A stretch of 64,000 bases of DNA from an uncultured Alphaproteobacteria bacterium. Lineage in GTDB: Bacteria; Pseudomonadota; Alphaproteobacteria; MPNO01; DASWLB01. Position 1 is the stretch's first letter, and the number at the start of each line of letters is the position of its first letter. Shown one piece after another: positions 36,534-44,690 of this stretch. The notes beneath the pieces were generated by a model. It did not search any database. It saw only the letters and a program-made list of their open reading frames with translations, and was not told where the DNA came from. The DNA lies in NCBI GenBank assembly GCA_963817535.1, contig CAWFOW010000011.1:160398-224397 (forward strand), given 5' to 3'. The position numbers and the translations under genes were made by a program.

Positions 36534-38311
36534 ATGATCGCAGGATCGCGCTCCGGCGCTGGCTGTTCCTGGGTCTGGTCGTGGCCACCACAAGCGCTGC
36601 GACCGCCCGCCTCTGGGCCATCCTGAGGGTGGACGGGTTTACGGCGCTGGAAAGCCTTCTGCTTGTCCTGTTCTCGGTCTTGTTTGCCTGGATCACGGCA
36701 TCGTTTTGGATCGCGTGCCTCGGGACGTATGTGCGAAGGCGGTCGGGTCGAGTCGTGCCACTGTCGACAAACTGCGCGGCCGCCACGCGGTCGCGCACCG
36801 CGATCGTGATGCCGGTCTATAACGAAGACGTGAATTCGGTGTTCGCCGGCTTGCGCGCAATGCGCGAATCCCTGCGGCAGGAGGGCGCGCTCGACGCGTT
36901 CGATTTCTTCGTGCTCAGCGACTCGACCGACCCCGCATGCCGTGCTGCCGAAGAGGCGGCTTGGCGTCACCTTCGCGGCGGGGATGCCGATGCAGGGCAG
37001 GTCTATTACCGCCATCGCGCCCGCAACATCGGGCGGAAAAGCGGAAACATCGCCGATTTTTGCGAGAACTGGGGCGCACTCTACGACTACATGGTCGTGC
37101 TCGATGCCGACAGCCTGATGACCGGCGGCACGCTGACGAAGCTTGTCGCGATGATGGACGCGAACCCGCGGGCCGCGCTGATCCAGGTTCCGCCGTCGCT
37201 GGTCGGCGGCGAGTCGCTGTTCGCCCGCATCCAGCAATTCGCCTCGAGCGTCTACGGTCCGATCTACGCGGCGGGGCTGGCGGCGCTACAGGGGCCGGAT
37301 GGCAACTACTGGGGACACAACGCAATCATCCGCGTTGCGCCGTTCATGCGCCATTGCGGGCTGCCGCTGCTGCCAGGTCGGCCTCCGCTCGGCGGCGAGA
37401 TCATGAGCCACGACTTCGTCGAGGCCGCCCTGCTGCGGCGCGCCGGGTGGGAGGTCTGGCTCGCCCCAGCGCTCGGCGGCAGCTTCGAGGCATCGCCGCC
37501 CACTTTGCTCGACCATCTGAAGCGCGACCGGCGCTGGTGCCAGGGCAACTTGCAGCATATGAGACTGATCTTCGCCCAGGGCTTCCGCATGCCGAGCCGG
37601 CTGCATTTTGCGTTGGGCGTCATGAGCTACCTGTCGTCGCCGTTGTGGCTGCTGCTGCTCGTCGTCTCGACCGCGGAGGCGCTCAGCGTCGAGCATGTGG
37701 CGCGCGTCACCTATGTCGGCCGCTACCCCGTCCTTGCCTGGCCGATCTCGCACACGGTCGCGCTGGTCACGCTGGTCGGCGCGACCCTTGTGCTTCTGTT
37801 CGGCCCGAAGGTACTGTCGGTGCTGGCACTGTTCCGCGACCCCGTCGCCGTCCGAGCGCATGGCGGCGCCGCGCGTCTCGCGTTCAGCGTCGTGGTGGAA
37901 AGCGTGTTTTCCACATTGCTTGCCCCGATCGTGATGCTGTCGCATAGCTGGTTCGTGCTCAGCATTTTGACCGGCCGCGGGACGGGCTGGGGCGGACAGC
38001 AGCGCGGCAGCAGGGGCATTGCGGTCGGCACCGCGATGCGCGCCTTCGGTCCGCACACCCTGGCCGCGCTGGCGATGGGCGCGGTGATCTGGCGCTTTAC
38101 GCCGGAGACCCTTTGGTGGAACGCGCCGCTGCTGTCGGGCCTGGTTATGGCCATCGTCATCTGCTGCGTGACCAGTGTCCCCGCCTGGGGCGCGGCGGCA
38201 CGGCGCGCCGGGCTGCTGCTAATTCCGAGCGAATCGACAGGTCTGGGGGTTCTCGATCAGGTCAGGGCGATCCTCGCGCGGCGGGAGGGCGCGCCATTCT
38301 CGGCGGTCTGA
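36530..38311 (+). CDS. opgH: Glucans biosynthesis glucosyltransferase H (OPG synthase, GT2)
   Basis: ORF 36395-38311 trimmed to ATG 36530. The GT2 core is colinear with E. coli MdoH as remembered: TAIVMPVYNEDV, VLSDSTD, VVLDADSLM, YWGHNAIIR, SHDFVEAALLRRAGW, RDRRWCQGNLQH. It has multiple TM helices. Confidence 0.9.
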   Translation: MNDRRIALRRWLFLGLVVATTSAATARLWAILRVDGFTALESLLLVLFSVLFAWITASFWIACLGTYVRRRSGRVVPLSTNCAAATRSRTAIVMPVYNEDVNSVFAGLRAMRESLRQEGALDAFDFFVLSDSTDPACRAAEEAAWRHLRGGDADAGQVYYRHRARNIGRKSGNIADFCENWGALYDYMVVLDADSLMTGGTLTKLVAMMDANPRAALIQVPPSLVGGESLFARIQQFASSVYGPIYAAGLAALQGPDGNYWGHNAIIRVAPFMRHCGLPLLPGRPPLGGEIMSHDFVEAALLRRAGWEVWLAPALGGSFEASPPTLLDHLKRDRRWCQGNLQHMRLIFAQGFRMPSRLHFALGVMSYLSSPLWLLLLVVSTAEALSVEHVARVTYVGRYPVLAWPISHTVALVTLVGATLVLLFGPKVLSVLALFRDPVAVRAHGGAARLAFSVVVESVFSTLLAPIVMLSHSWFVLSILTGRGTGWGGQQRGSRGIAVGTAMRAFGPHTLAALAMGAVIWRFTPETLWWNAPLLSGLVMAIVICCVTSVPAWGAAARRAGLLLIPSESTGLGVLDQVRAILARREGAPFSAV

Positions 38312-38997
38312 CCCTTGCGATCGAGGCCGCGCGCCTCTCTCCGCTGGCGCGCCGGGTCCGCCGAGCCAACCTGACCTATCTGTCGCCGGCCAAGCTGCAT
38401 GCGCTCGAGAGTGCGCTGCGCGAGGTCCGGCGGGAGGGGGTGCCTGGCGATTTTCTCGAGTTCGGTGTGGCCCTTGGGGGCTCAGCGGTCCTGATCGCCT
38501 CTAACATGCCGGATCGCGCTGCGTTCCATGGCTATGACGTGTTCGGCACGATCCCGCCGCCCGGGCCTGAGGACGATGCCGACGCCCATACACGGTACGG
38601 GCAGATCAGTGGCGGCACTTCGCCGGGAATCGGCGGCGAGACCTATTACGGCTATCTCGGCGATCTTTACGAGCGTGTGTGCGCCACGTTCGCAGCACTC
38701 GACCGGCCCGTCGACGGGCGGCGCATCGTGCTGCATCGCGGGCTGTTCGAGGAGACGCTGGACGCCGCGGAGACGCGCCCGGTCGCCTTCGCCCATATCG
38801 ACTGCGACTGGTATGCGCCGGTGACCTACTGCCTCGCGTCGCTGCGCGATCGCCTGGCGCCGGGCGCGCGGATCGTGCTCGACGACTATAACGATTACGG
38901 GGGGTGCCGTAAGGCGGTCGATACGTTCGTGGGCGACGATCCCGGGATCGTGGTCGAGCGTATGACCCCCAGCGCTATTCTTCGACGTTGCGGCTAA
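38308..38997 (+). CDS. TylF/MycF-family SAM-dependent O-methyltransferase
   Basis: Motifs: GDFLEFGVALGGSAVLIA (SAM motif I), HIDCDWYAPV (metal site) and IVLDDYNDYGG. The start is unresolved. There is no ATG, GTG or TTG in frame between 38116 and 38440. The options are TTG 38113 or GTG 38116 (about 196-199 nt inside opgH) or a CTG at 38308 overlapping the opgH stop. Confidence 0.7.
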   Translation: MTLAIEAARLSPLARRVRRANLTYLSPAKLHALESALREVRREGVPGDFLEFGVALGGSAVLIASNMPDRAAFHGYDVFGTIPPPGPEDDADAHTRYGQISGGTSPGIGGETYYGYLGDLYERVCATFAALDRPVDGRRIVLHRGLFEETLDAAETRPVAFAHIDCDWYAPVTYCLASLRDRLAPGARIVLDDYNDYGGCRKAVDTFVGDDPGIVVERMTPSAILRRCG

Positions 38998-40210
38998 GCG
39001 ACGGAACTTTTGCAATCTCGGTCCCGGCCAGGTGGGTCAGGCGCGGTTTCATCGTGCGCCACCAGCCGCTTCCCGCAGCGCCCCGGACCACCGATACGGC
39101 ATGGCGGACCGAGAATGAGCGTCCGATTGCCACCTCTGCCGCTCGCCACAACGCGTGGTCGCCGGAGCGTCGTGCGGCTGCCACAATTTCCTCGTAGTAG
39201 CTCCAGGCTTGGCTGGGCACCCGGAGGCGGTGGACGCGGCCCAGGTCGAGCGGCGCGGCAAAGGTCCGGGCGCGGTCGAGGGCGCCGCAAGCACGAAGCG
39301 CCATCATTGTCCTGAGGCACTTTTCACACTTGCCACAATTATAGCTGGACGTGTCGGCGAAGCATACGCGGAGCGTTTCCAGGGCGAGCGGGTGCGCCGC
39401 CAGCTTGTGGGTCTTTTCCAGCCGGCCCGCCTCGCACCCGTCGTGCCGCACGGTGAGATGCCCGTTCGACCAGAGCGGGTCGAGCAGCGGCGACGAGCCC
39501 CATGGAAAGATGTGGGCGTAAGTGTGGCTCGCCGGTACGATCAGTTCGCGAAGGTCGTGGCGCATTGTGAGGGCGACCGAAGCGATCGCCGCGCCATGCA
39601 GGCAACGACCCCAGAAATCGATCTCGCATGTCCGGCCCCATCCCGAGCGCCGCTTGTCTGCGATCGGTCGCAAATTGGTCGTGCAGGTAATGAGACGCAT
39701 GCCGAGGCTTCGGGCCACGACCTGGGCACGGTACCGCGTGTCATCCCACAGCACGTCATTGTCGAGCCCGATATCGAATCCTCGAACGAGGAGCAGGTGG
39801 CTGATCCGGCTCTGATGTTTCAGCAGCGAGTACCAGCTGTCGACGCCACCGGTGAAGCAGGCCGCAATGCCCGTTGCGCACGCGTCGACGTTCGACGGTT
39901 CGACAAGATCGGCCGATACCTCGATCGGAGTGAGAAAGTCATACCAGGTCGAGAGCACCGCCTGTGCCTGTTGAAGATTGTCGAGAAGCGCATTTGAGAC
40001 GGCTCCCTCGATATGGAGCGCTTCGCCCTCGAACATTGCCGGCGCCAGCAGCGCAACGGCCAGCGCGTCGCCGAGCCCGTCGAGTGGACCGTCTACACCT
40101 TCAAAGGCGAAACGCAGCGTGAGCGGCAAATCGGTGCACGTCGGCAGGATTCGCGCCGTAGCGACCGCCGTATTGCCATCGCGCTGCTCGTCCAGGTCGA
40201 CTATTCGCAT
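38975..40210 (-). CDS. QueC-like PP-loop ATPase-fold protein with extra N- and C-terminal regions (function unknown)
   Basis: 411 aa. TGGVDS at residues 120-125 (nt 39836-39853) is a variant of the SGGxDS PP-loop. C283-x8-C292-x2-C295-x2-C298-LR (nt 39311-39364) has the same spacing as the QueC zinc site. Its 3' end overlaps the convergent methyltransferase gene by 23 nt. Confidence 0.6.
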   Translation of the reverse strand: MRIVDLDEQRDGNTAVATARILPTCTDLPLTLRFAFEGVDGPLDGLGDALAVALLAPAMFEGEALHIEGAVSNALLDNLQQAQAVLSTWYDFLTPIEVSADLVEPSNVDACATGIAACFTGGVDSWYSLLKHQSRISHLLLVRGFDIGLDNDVLWDDTRYRAQVVARSLGMRLITCTTNLRPIADKRRSGWGRTCEIDFWGRCLHGAAIASVALTMRHDLRELIVPASHTYAHIFPWGSSPLLDPLWSNGHLTVRHDGCEAGRLEKTHKLAAHPLALETLRVCFADTSSYNCGKCEKCLRTMMALRACGALDRARTFAAPLDLGRVHRLRVPSQAWSYYEEIVAAARRSGDHALWRAAEVAIGRSFSVRHAVSVVRGAAGSGWWRTMKPRLTHLAGTEIAKVPSLSRNVEE

Positions 40211-40309
40211 TGCCGTACCGGATATTTTGGACTCACGGCGAACCTCTCATTCGACACTGGATCGCCGCACCGCCGACGTGGTTTCTCCATGTCTTGTGGG
40301 TGACCGGAG

Positions 40310-41875
40310 TCATTGCGGCTGTGCGGGCGCGGTCGAGGTGCCCGGGTCGGCAGCGGGGTTGTGCCGCATCAGGCGGGGAAGCCGCAGGATTCCGCGCAGG
40401 GCTTGGCGTCCGCGCGGGATCACCATATAGACAGCCAGGGCGACTGCGACCGCGATAGCGGTCAAAATGGCGACTTCGACGCCCAGCGGCAGGCCGGGCA
40501 GGACCTGGCGGGTGGCATGCACCGCAAGCCCCGAAGCGAGGGCCGCCGCGGCCGGGGTCGCGAGGATGGTGTAGAAGTCGCGCGTGCGCACCGGGCCCCG
40601 CCGCCCGGCCAAGTGGAACAGGATCGGCGCCCGTACCGCGATGCCGCTGACGGCGAGGGTGGCGGCGACACCCGCCGCCCCGAACGGCAGCCCGCACAGG
40701 ATTGCGGCGACGGCAAGGGCGGCGCCGACCATGCCGGCGCGCAGCATTTCCGGCGTGCGGTCCTGGCTGAGATAGAGCCAACTCAACGCATAGGTGGCTG
40801 GCACGTACACCGTCGTCGCGCCCATCCAGGCGAGGATCGGCGCCGCGTTGCCCCATTGTGGGCCCAGCACCAGAACGATTACCGGGCCCGCGGCGGCGGC
40901 GAGCAGCGCGCCCAGCGGCGCGAACAGCATGGCGACCTGCTCGACCGCGGCGAGATACACCGCGCGATAGCGCTTCGGTTGCTTGTCCAGCCGGCTCAGC
41001 GCGGTGACCATCACCGTCCCGAGCGGCATGTTGAGGTTGCGCACCGGCAGCAGCAGCAGCTTCTGCGAGCGCTCATACAGCCCGAGCGACACCGCGCCGT
41101 AGCGCCATCCGATCAGCACGGCATCGAGATTGGCGGCGAGGTAGCTCACGATCATCGCGGCGGTGGCGTTGCCGCCAAATGCGACGAAGCTGCGCACCTC
41201 GGCGAACGGTCCCGGCCGGCCGGGCCGCCAACCGCAGGCGATCCAGGCTGCCGCGGCGATCGCCGCGGCCCAGGTCAGGCGCTGGATCACCAGCGCCCAG
41301 ATGCCCGCCCCGGCAAAGGCGGAGGCCACGGCGGCCGCGAGGCCGGCCACTTCGGCGCCCATCTGGATATAGGCGAGAAGGCTGAAGCGCATCTGGCGCC
41401 GCAGCAGGGCGAGATGCTGGGCCGCGATCCCGGTGAACAGGAAGCCGACGGCAAGGGCGGGCGTAATGGCGAGCAGGATGGGCTCGCCATAGATCCAGGC
41501 GAGGATCGGCGCGAGTCCCGCCATCACGGCCGTTGCGGCGAGCCCGAGCGCGCCGTTGAGCCAGAACAGCGTGTCGATCTGGCGTGCCCCGATCTCGCGG
41601 CGCTGCACGGTAGCCGTCGACAGGCCAAGGTCCTTGAACAGCTCGAGCGCGGCGAGGAACGCGGCGACCATGGCGAAGCGGCCGAAATCCTCGGGTGCGA
41701 GCAGCCGGGCCAGCACCACGATGGCGCCGGTCTGGACCACCACCTTCGCCGCCTGCATGGCGATGGTGACGATTCCGCCACGCACCGACCGTGCGATCAG
41801 GTCCTGTTCAAGATGCGCGACCTCCAGATAGGAGTCGGTCCGGGATCCCGCTGGCGCCTGCCGCCGACGGCTCAT
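40310..41875 (-). CDS. Polysaccharide flippase (Wzx; MOP/PST superfamily)
   Basis: 521 aa with about 12-14 TM helices. The Polysacc_synt-type N-terminus (…RSVRGGIVTIAMQAAKVVVQTGAIVVLARLLAPEDFG…) is typical of Wzx/PssL-like flippases. Confidence 0.85.
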   Translation of the reverse strand: MSRRRQAPAGSRTDSYLEVAHLEQDLIARSVRGGIVTIAMQAAKVVVQTGAIVVLARLLAPEDFGRFAMVAAFLAALELFKDLGLSTATVQRREIGARQIDTLFWLNGALGLAATAVMAGLAPILAWIYGEPILLAITPALAVGFLFTGIAAQHLALLRRQMRFSLLAYIQMGAEVAGLAAAVASAFAGAGIWALVIQRLTWAAAIAAAAWIACGWRPGRPGPFAEVRSFVAFGGNATAAMIVSYLAANLDAVLIGWRYGAVSLGLYERSQKLLLLPVRNLNMPLGTVMVTALSRLDKQPKRYRAVYLAAVEQVAMLFAPLGALLAAAAGPVIVLVLGPQWGNAAPILAWMGATTVYVPATYALSWLYLSQDRTPEMLRAGMVGAALAVAAILCGLPFGAAGVAATLAVSGIAVRAPILFHLAGRRGPVRTRDFYTILATPAAAALASGLAVHATRQVLPGLPLGVEVAILTAIAVAVALAVYMVIPRGRQALRGILRLPRLMRHNPAADPGTSTAPAQPQ

Positions 41876-42104
41876 ATCCCCACCCTCTGCCGTGGCCCGT
41901 CACCGGGGCAGTTTGTCCCGCACGTCACCGTGGAGAGATCGTTCGCGCCGATGGAATTTCATCGCCGGCGCCCTCCGGCCTTCGCTTTGTCACAGCATGG
42001 GGCAGAGGGGGAAAGGGGTTCACGACACGTTCACAATGCTGATCAAGCGCGATTGACCGATCGGGCGGCGATGGATAGCGTTGAGTCCAATCCTCTGGTT
42101 TGCG

Positions 42105-43106
42105 ATGCCCGATCCGTCCGCCCTCCCTCCGACATACTTTCTGTCCGACGAGGATGTCGGCCGCGCGTTCGACTGGGACGAGGCCATCGCCGCGCTGGCC
42201 GAAGCCTATGGTGCCTTCACCGATCCCGCGATGGCGCCGGAGCGGGTGCTGGCCCGCAGGGGGCCGATCTGGATGCGCTCGCTCGTCGCCATCTCGCCGA
42301 GGGGGCGGCTGATGGGCACCAAGCTGTTCGCCATGTCGTCCAGGCGCAACGTCCGCTATGTGATCCCGCTGCTCGACCAGGAGACGGCGGCGCTCGTCTG
42401 CCTGATCGACGGGCGGCGTATTACCGGCACGCGCACGGCGGCCACCACCTGCGTCGCGCTCGACCGGATGGCGCCGCAGGACATTCCGGTCATGGCGATG
42501 CTCGGTTCGGGCGAGGAGGCGCGCCACCACATCGTCGCGCTGTCACATATCCGCAAGGTCGGCGTCTGCCGCGTGTTCAGTCCGAACGCGGAACACCGCG
42601 AAGCCTTCTGCCGCTATGCGAAGGAGAACGCCGGCATCGAGGCGAAGCAAGTTGCGTCGTCGGCCGAGGCGGTGCGCGACGCGACGCTGGTGATCGCGGC
42701 GACGCGCACGCCGGACGGCTCGCCCGTCCTGTTCGGAAAGGACCTGGCGCCGGGCACAACCATCGCCTCGATCGGGGCCAGCCTGCCCGAGCATGTCGAG
42801 ATCGACCCCGAGGTTGTGCGCCGCGCGCGCGTCATCGTGGCCGACGGTATCGAAGAAGTGCTGGAAGGCACCGGCGACATGGTCGCCGCCCGCAACGCGG
42901 GGGTCGACGCCGCCGAAAAGACCGTCTCGCTCGCCGATTTCGTTCAAGGCAAGGCGGTGGTGCGGCGGTCGCCGCAAGATATCGTGATGTACAAATCGAC
43001 GGGCTCCGGCCTGCAGGACATCGCAGTTGCGGAGATGTGCTGGAACCGGGCCCGGCGCATGGGACTCGGCACCGAGCTGCCGATGCAGCTTTCGTCGCGC
43101 CGATAG
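42105..43106 (+). CDS. Ornithine cyclodeaminase / mu-crystallin family protein
   Basis: ORF 42081-43106 trimmed to ATG 42105. OCD/mu-crystallin pattern: …DGRRITGTRTAATTCVA…, Rossmann block MAMLGSGEEA, and …STGSGLQDIAVA…. Confidence 0.85.
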   Translation: MPDPSALPPTYFLSDEDVGRAFDWDEAIAALAEAYGAFTDPAMAPERVLARRGPIWMRSLVAISPRGRLMGTKLFAMSSRRNVRYVIPLLDQETAALVCLIDGRRITGTRTAATTCVALDRMAPQDIPVMAMLGSGEEARHHIVALSHIRKVGVCRVFSPNAEHREAFCRYAKENAGIEAKQVASSAEAVRDATLVIAATRTPDGSPVLFGKDLAPGTTIASIGASLPEHVEIDPEVVRRARVIVADGIEEVLEGTGDMVAARNAGVDAAEKTVSLADFVQGKAVVRRSPQDIVMYKSTGSGLQDIAVAEMCWNRARRMGLGTELPMQLSSRR

Positions 43107-43138
43107 AAATGGAAGCCGTCACCGATGGAGGTTCGTCC

Positions 43139-44152
43139 ATGAAGTTCGCCCGCGTTTTCGCCTGTGCGTTGCTCGTCGCGTCCGCGCCGTGGGTGGCCCG
43201 GGCCGCCGAGCCCGTCACGCTCAAGTTCGCGACGCTCAATCCGCCGATGGCCAATGTCAGCCGTGAGCTGGTCGATCCGTGGGTCGCGCGCGTCAATGCT
43301 GCCGCTCCGGCCGCGCTCCACGTGCAGAGCTTTCCGCTATATGCGCTCGCCAACAATTTGAACGTGCTCGACCGGGTGATGTCCGACGTGGCGCAGATCG
43401 CCTGGGCCATCCCGGTCTACTTCACCGGCAAGTTCGTCACGACCGACGTGAACGCCCTGCCGTTCGTCGCCGACAAGTCGGAATACGCGTCCACGGCGTA
43501 CTGGCGGCTGTACGAGAAGGGCGTGTTCGGCAAGGAGTACGCCGACCTGCATCCGCTGATCCTGATGAGCCTGCCGCAGTCCGGCATCCACCTGGCGTCC
43601 AAGGAGGTCAAGACCCTCGCCGACATGAAGGGACTGAAGTTCCGCGCGGGCTCCAAGGTATCGGCGGAGGTGGTCGCGGCGCTGGGCGCCACGCCGATCA
43701 CCCTGAACGTGGGCGAGATGTTCTCCGGCCTGCAGCGTCACGTGGTCGACGGGGTGCTGATGCCATGGACGGCCTTCTCGCCCTTCAAGCTGGATGAGGT
43801 GACGCACTACCACATCGACGTGCCGTTCGGCGGCGCTCCGGCGATGATCTTCATGACCAAAAAAAAGTACGAGTCGCTGTCCGATGCGGCGAAGAAGGCG
43901 CTCGATGCGAACTCCGGCGAGCAGGTCAGCCGCGACGCCGGCAAGTGGTGGGACAAGGCGCAGGCCGCGACCCGCGCTTTGATCGAGAAGAAGCCTGGCC
44001 ACAAGGTGGTCTCCCTGCCGCCAGCCGAATACGCCAAGTGGAAGGGCGAGGTCGAGAAGGTGCTCGACCGCTGGGGCAGCACGACGCCGGGTGGCGCCAA
44101 GGTGCTCACCGCCTTCCGCGCGGAGATCGCGAACGTCGCCGCCGGTCTCTGA
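43139..44152 (+). CDS. TRAP-type substrate-binding protein (DctP family), with no adjacent membrane components
   Basis: Only the last 338 codons of ORF 40313-44152 are credible. ATG 43139 follows GGAGG. Signal peptide MKFARVFACALLVASAPWVARA. DctP-like pattern (…LKGLKFRAGS…, …ALGATPITL…). Confidence 0.8.
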   Translation: MKFARVFACALLVASAPWVARAAEPVTLKFATLNPPMANVSRELVDPWVARVNAAAPAALHVQSFPLYALANNLNVLDRVMSDVAQIAWAIPVYFTGKFVTTDVNALPFVADKSEYASTAYWRLYEKGVFGKEYADLHPLILMSLPQSGIHLASKEVKTLADMKGLKFRAGSKVSAEVVAALGATPITLNVGEMFSGLQRHVVDGVLMPWTAFSPFKLDEVTHYHIDVPFGGAPAMIFMTKKKYESLSDAAKKALDANSGEQVSRDAGKWWDKAQAATRALIEKKPGHKVVSLPPAEYAKWKGEVEKVLDRWGSTTPGGAKVLTAFRAEIANVAAGL

Positions 44153-44165
44153 GGGGGAGGGCAGG

Positions 44166-44606
44166 ATGGACGCAGCAGAGCGACGGGCGATCATCGAGGA
44201 TTGCCGCGATCTCGTGATCGCCTTGGTGCATCTCGACGATCACCGCGAGTACGACCGGGCGGTCGACGAGCTGTGGATGCCGGATGCGACGTGGCTTCGC
44301 GGCGGCAAGCTCTATACGGGGCGCGAGCAAATTCGTGCCTCGTTCGATCGCGCCACTCCGACCACCGTGATGCGCCACCTCGTGGTCAACACGCACGTCA
44401 CCGTCATCGACGGCGACCATGCCGAGGGTGTTTCCTACTACATCACCTATCAGAATGATCCCGGCACCACCGCACCACGATTCCCTCTCCCGCTCGAGGC
44501 GCCGTTCAGCATGGGCGAATGGCACGACAAGTACGTGCGGACGCCGGCCGGCTGGCGCTTCGCCGCGCGCGAGGTGAAGCGCCTGTTCCAGAAGCCGGGA
44601 AGCTGA
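44166..44606 (+). CDS. SnoaL-like / NTF2-fold protein
   Basis: ORF 44091-44606 trimmed to ATG 44166. 146 aa with an NTF2-like pattern (…RHLVVNTHVTVIDGDHAEGVSYY…W…). Confidence 0.7.
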   Translation: MDAAERRAIIEDCRDLVIALVHLDDHREYDRAVDELWMPDATWLRGGKLYTGREQIRASFDRATPTTVMRHLVVNTHVTVIDGDHAEGVSYYITYQNDPGTTAPRFPLPLEAPFSMGEWHDKYVRTPAGWRFAAREVKRLFQKPGS

Positions 44607-44690
44607 GCGGAGAGGGGCCCGGTAGCTGGGCTGAGCTTGGCCCGGGCGCCGATCGGCGATACCATCTGGCCGATCTCGCGGGAGACGTCG

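Noticed and set aside
38975-40210. Annotating the PP-loop protein simply as queC (7-cyano-7-deazaguanine synthase)
   Set aside because: It is nearly twice the length of QueC. The PP-loop reads TGGVDS rather than SGGxDS. No other queuosine or 7-deazaguanine gene is nearby, and the genomic context is polysaccharide synthesis. Only the fold and motif relationship is supported.
41879-42013. Long-range complement CCCTCTGCC (about 41884) / GGCAGAGGG (about 42001) in the Wzx/OCD divergent region
   Set aside because: It is only 9 bp, separated by about 110 nt, in G/C-rich sequence where such matches are expected by chance. There is no supporting local structure.
40313-44152. 1279-aa ORF on the plus strand that could be read as a giant protein
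   Set aside because: The first ~940 codons are antisense to the Wzx flippase and out of frame with the OCD-family gene, and they are Arg/Gly/Asp-rich. Only the last 338 codons (43139-44152) form a credible gene, with SD, signal peptide and DctP-like sequence.
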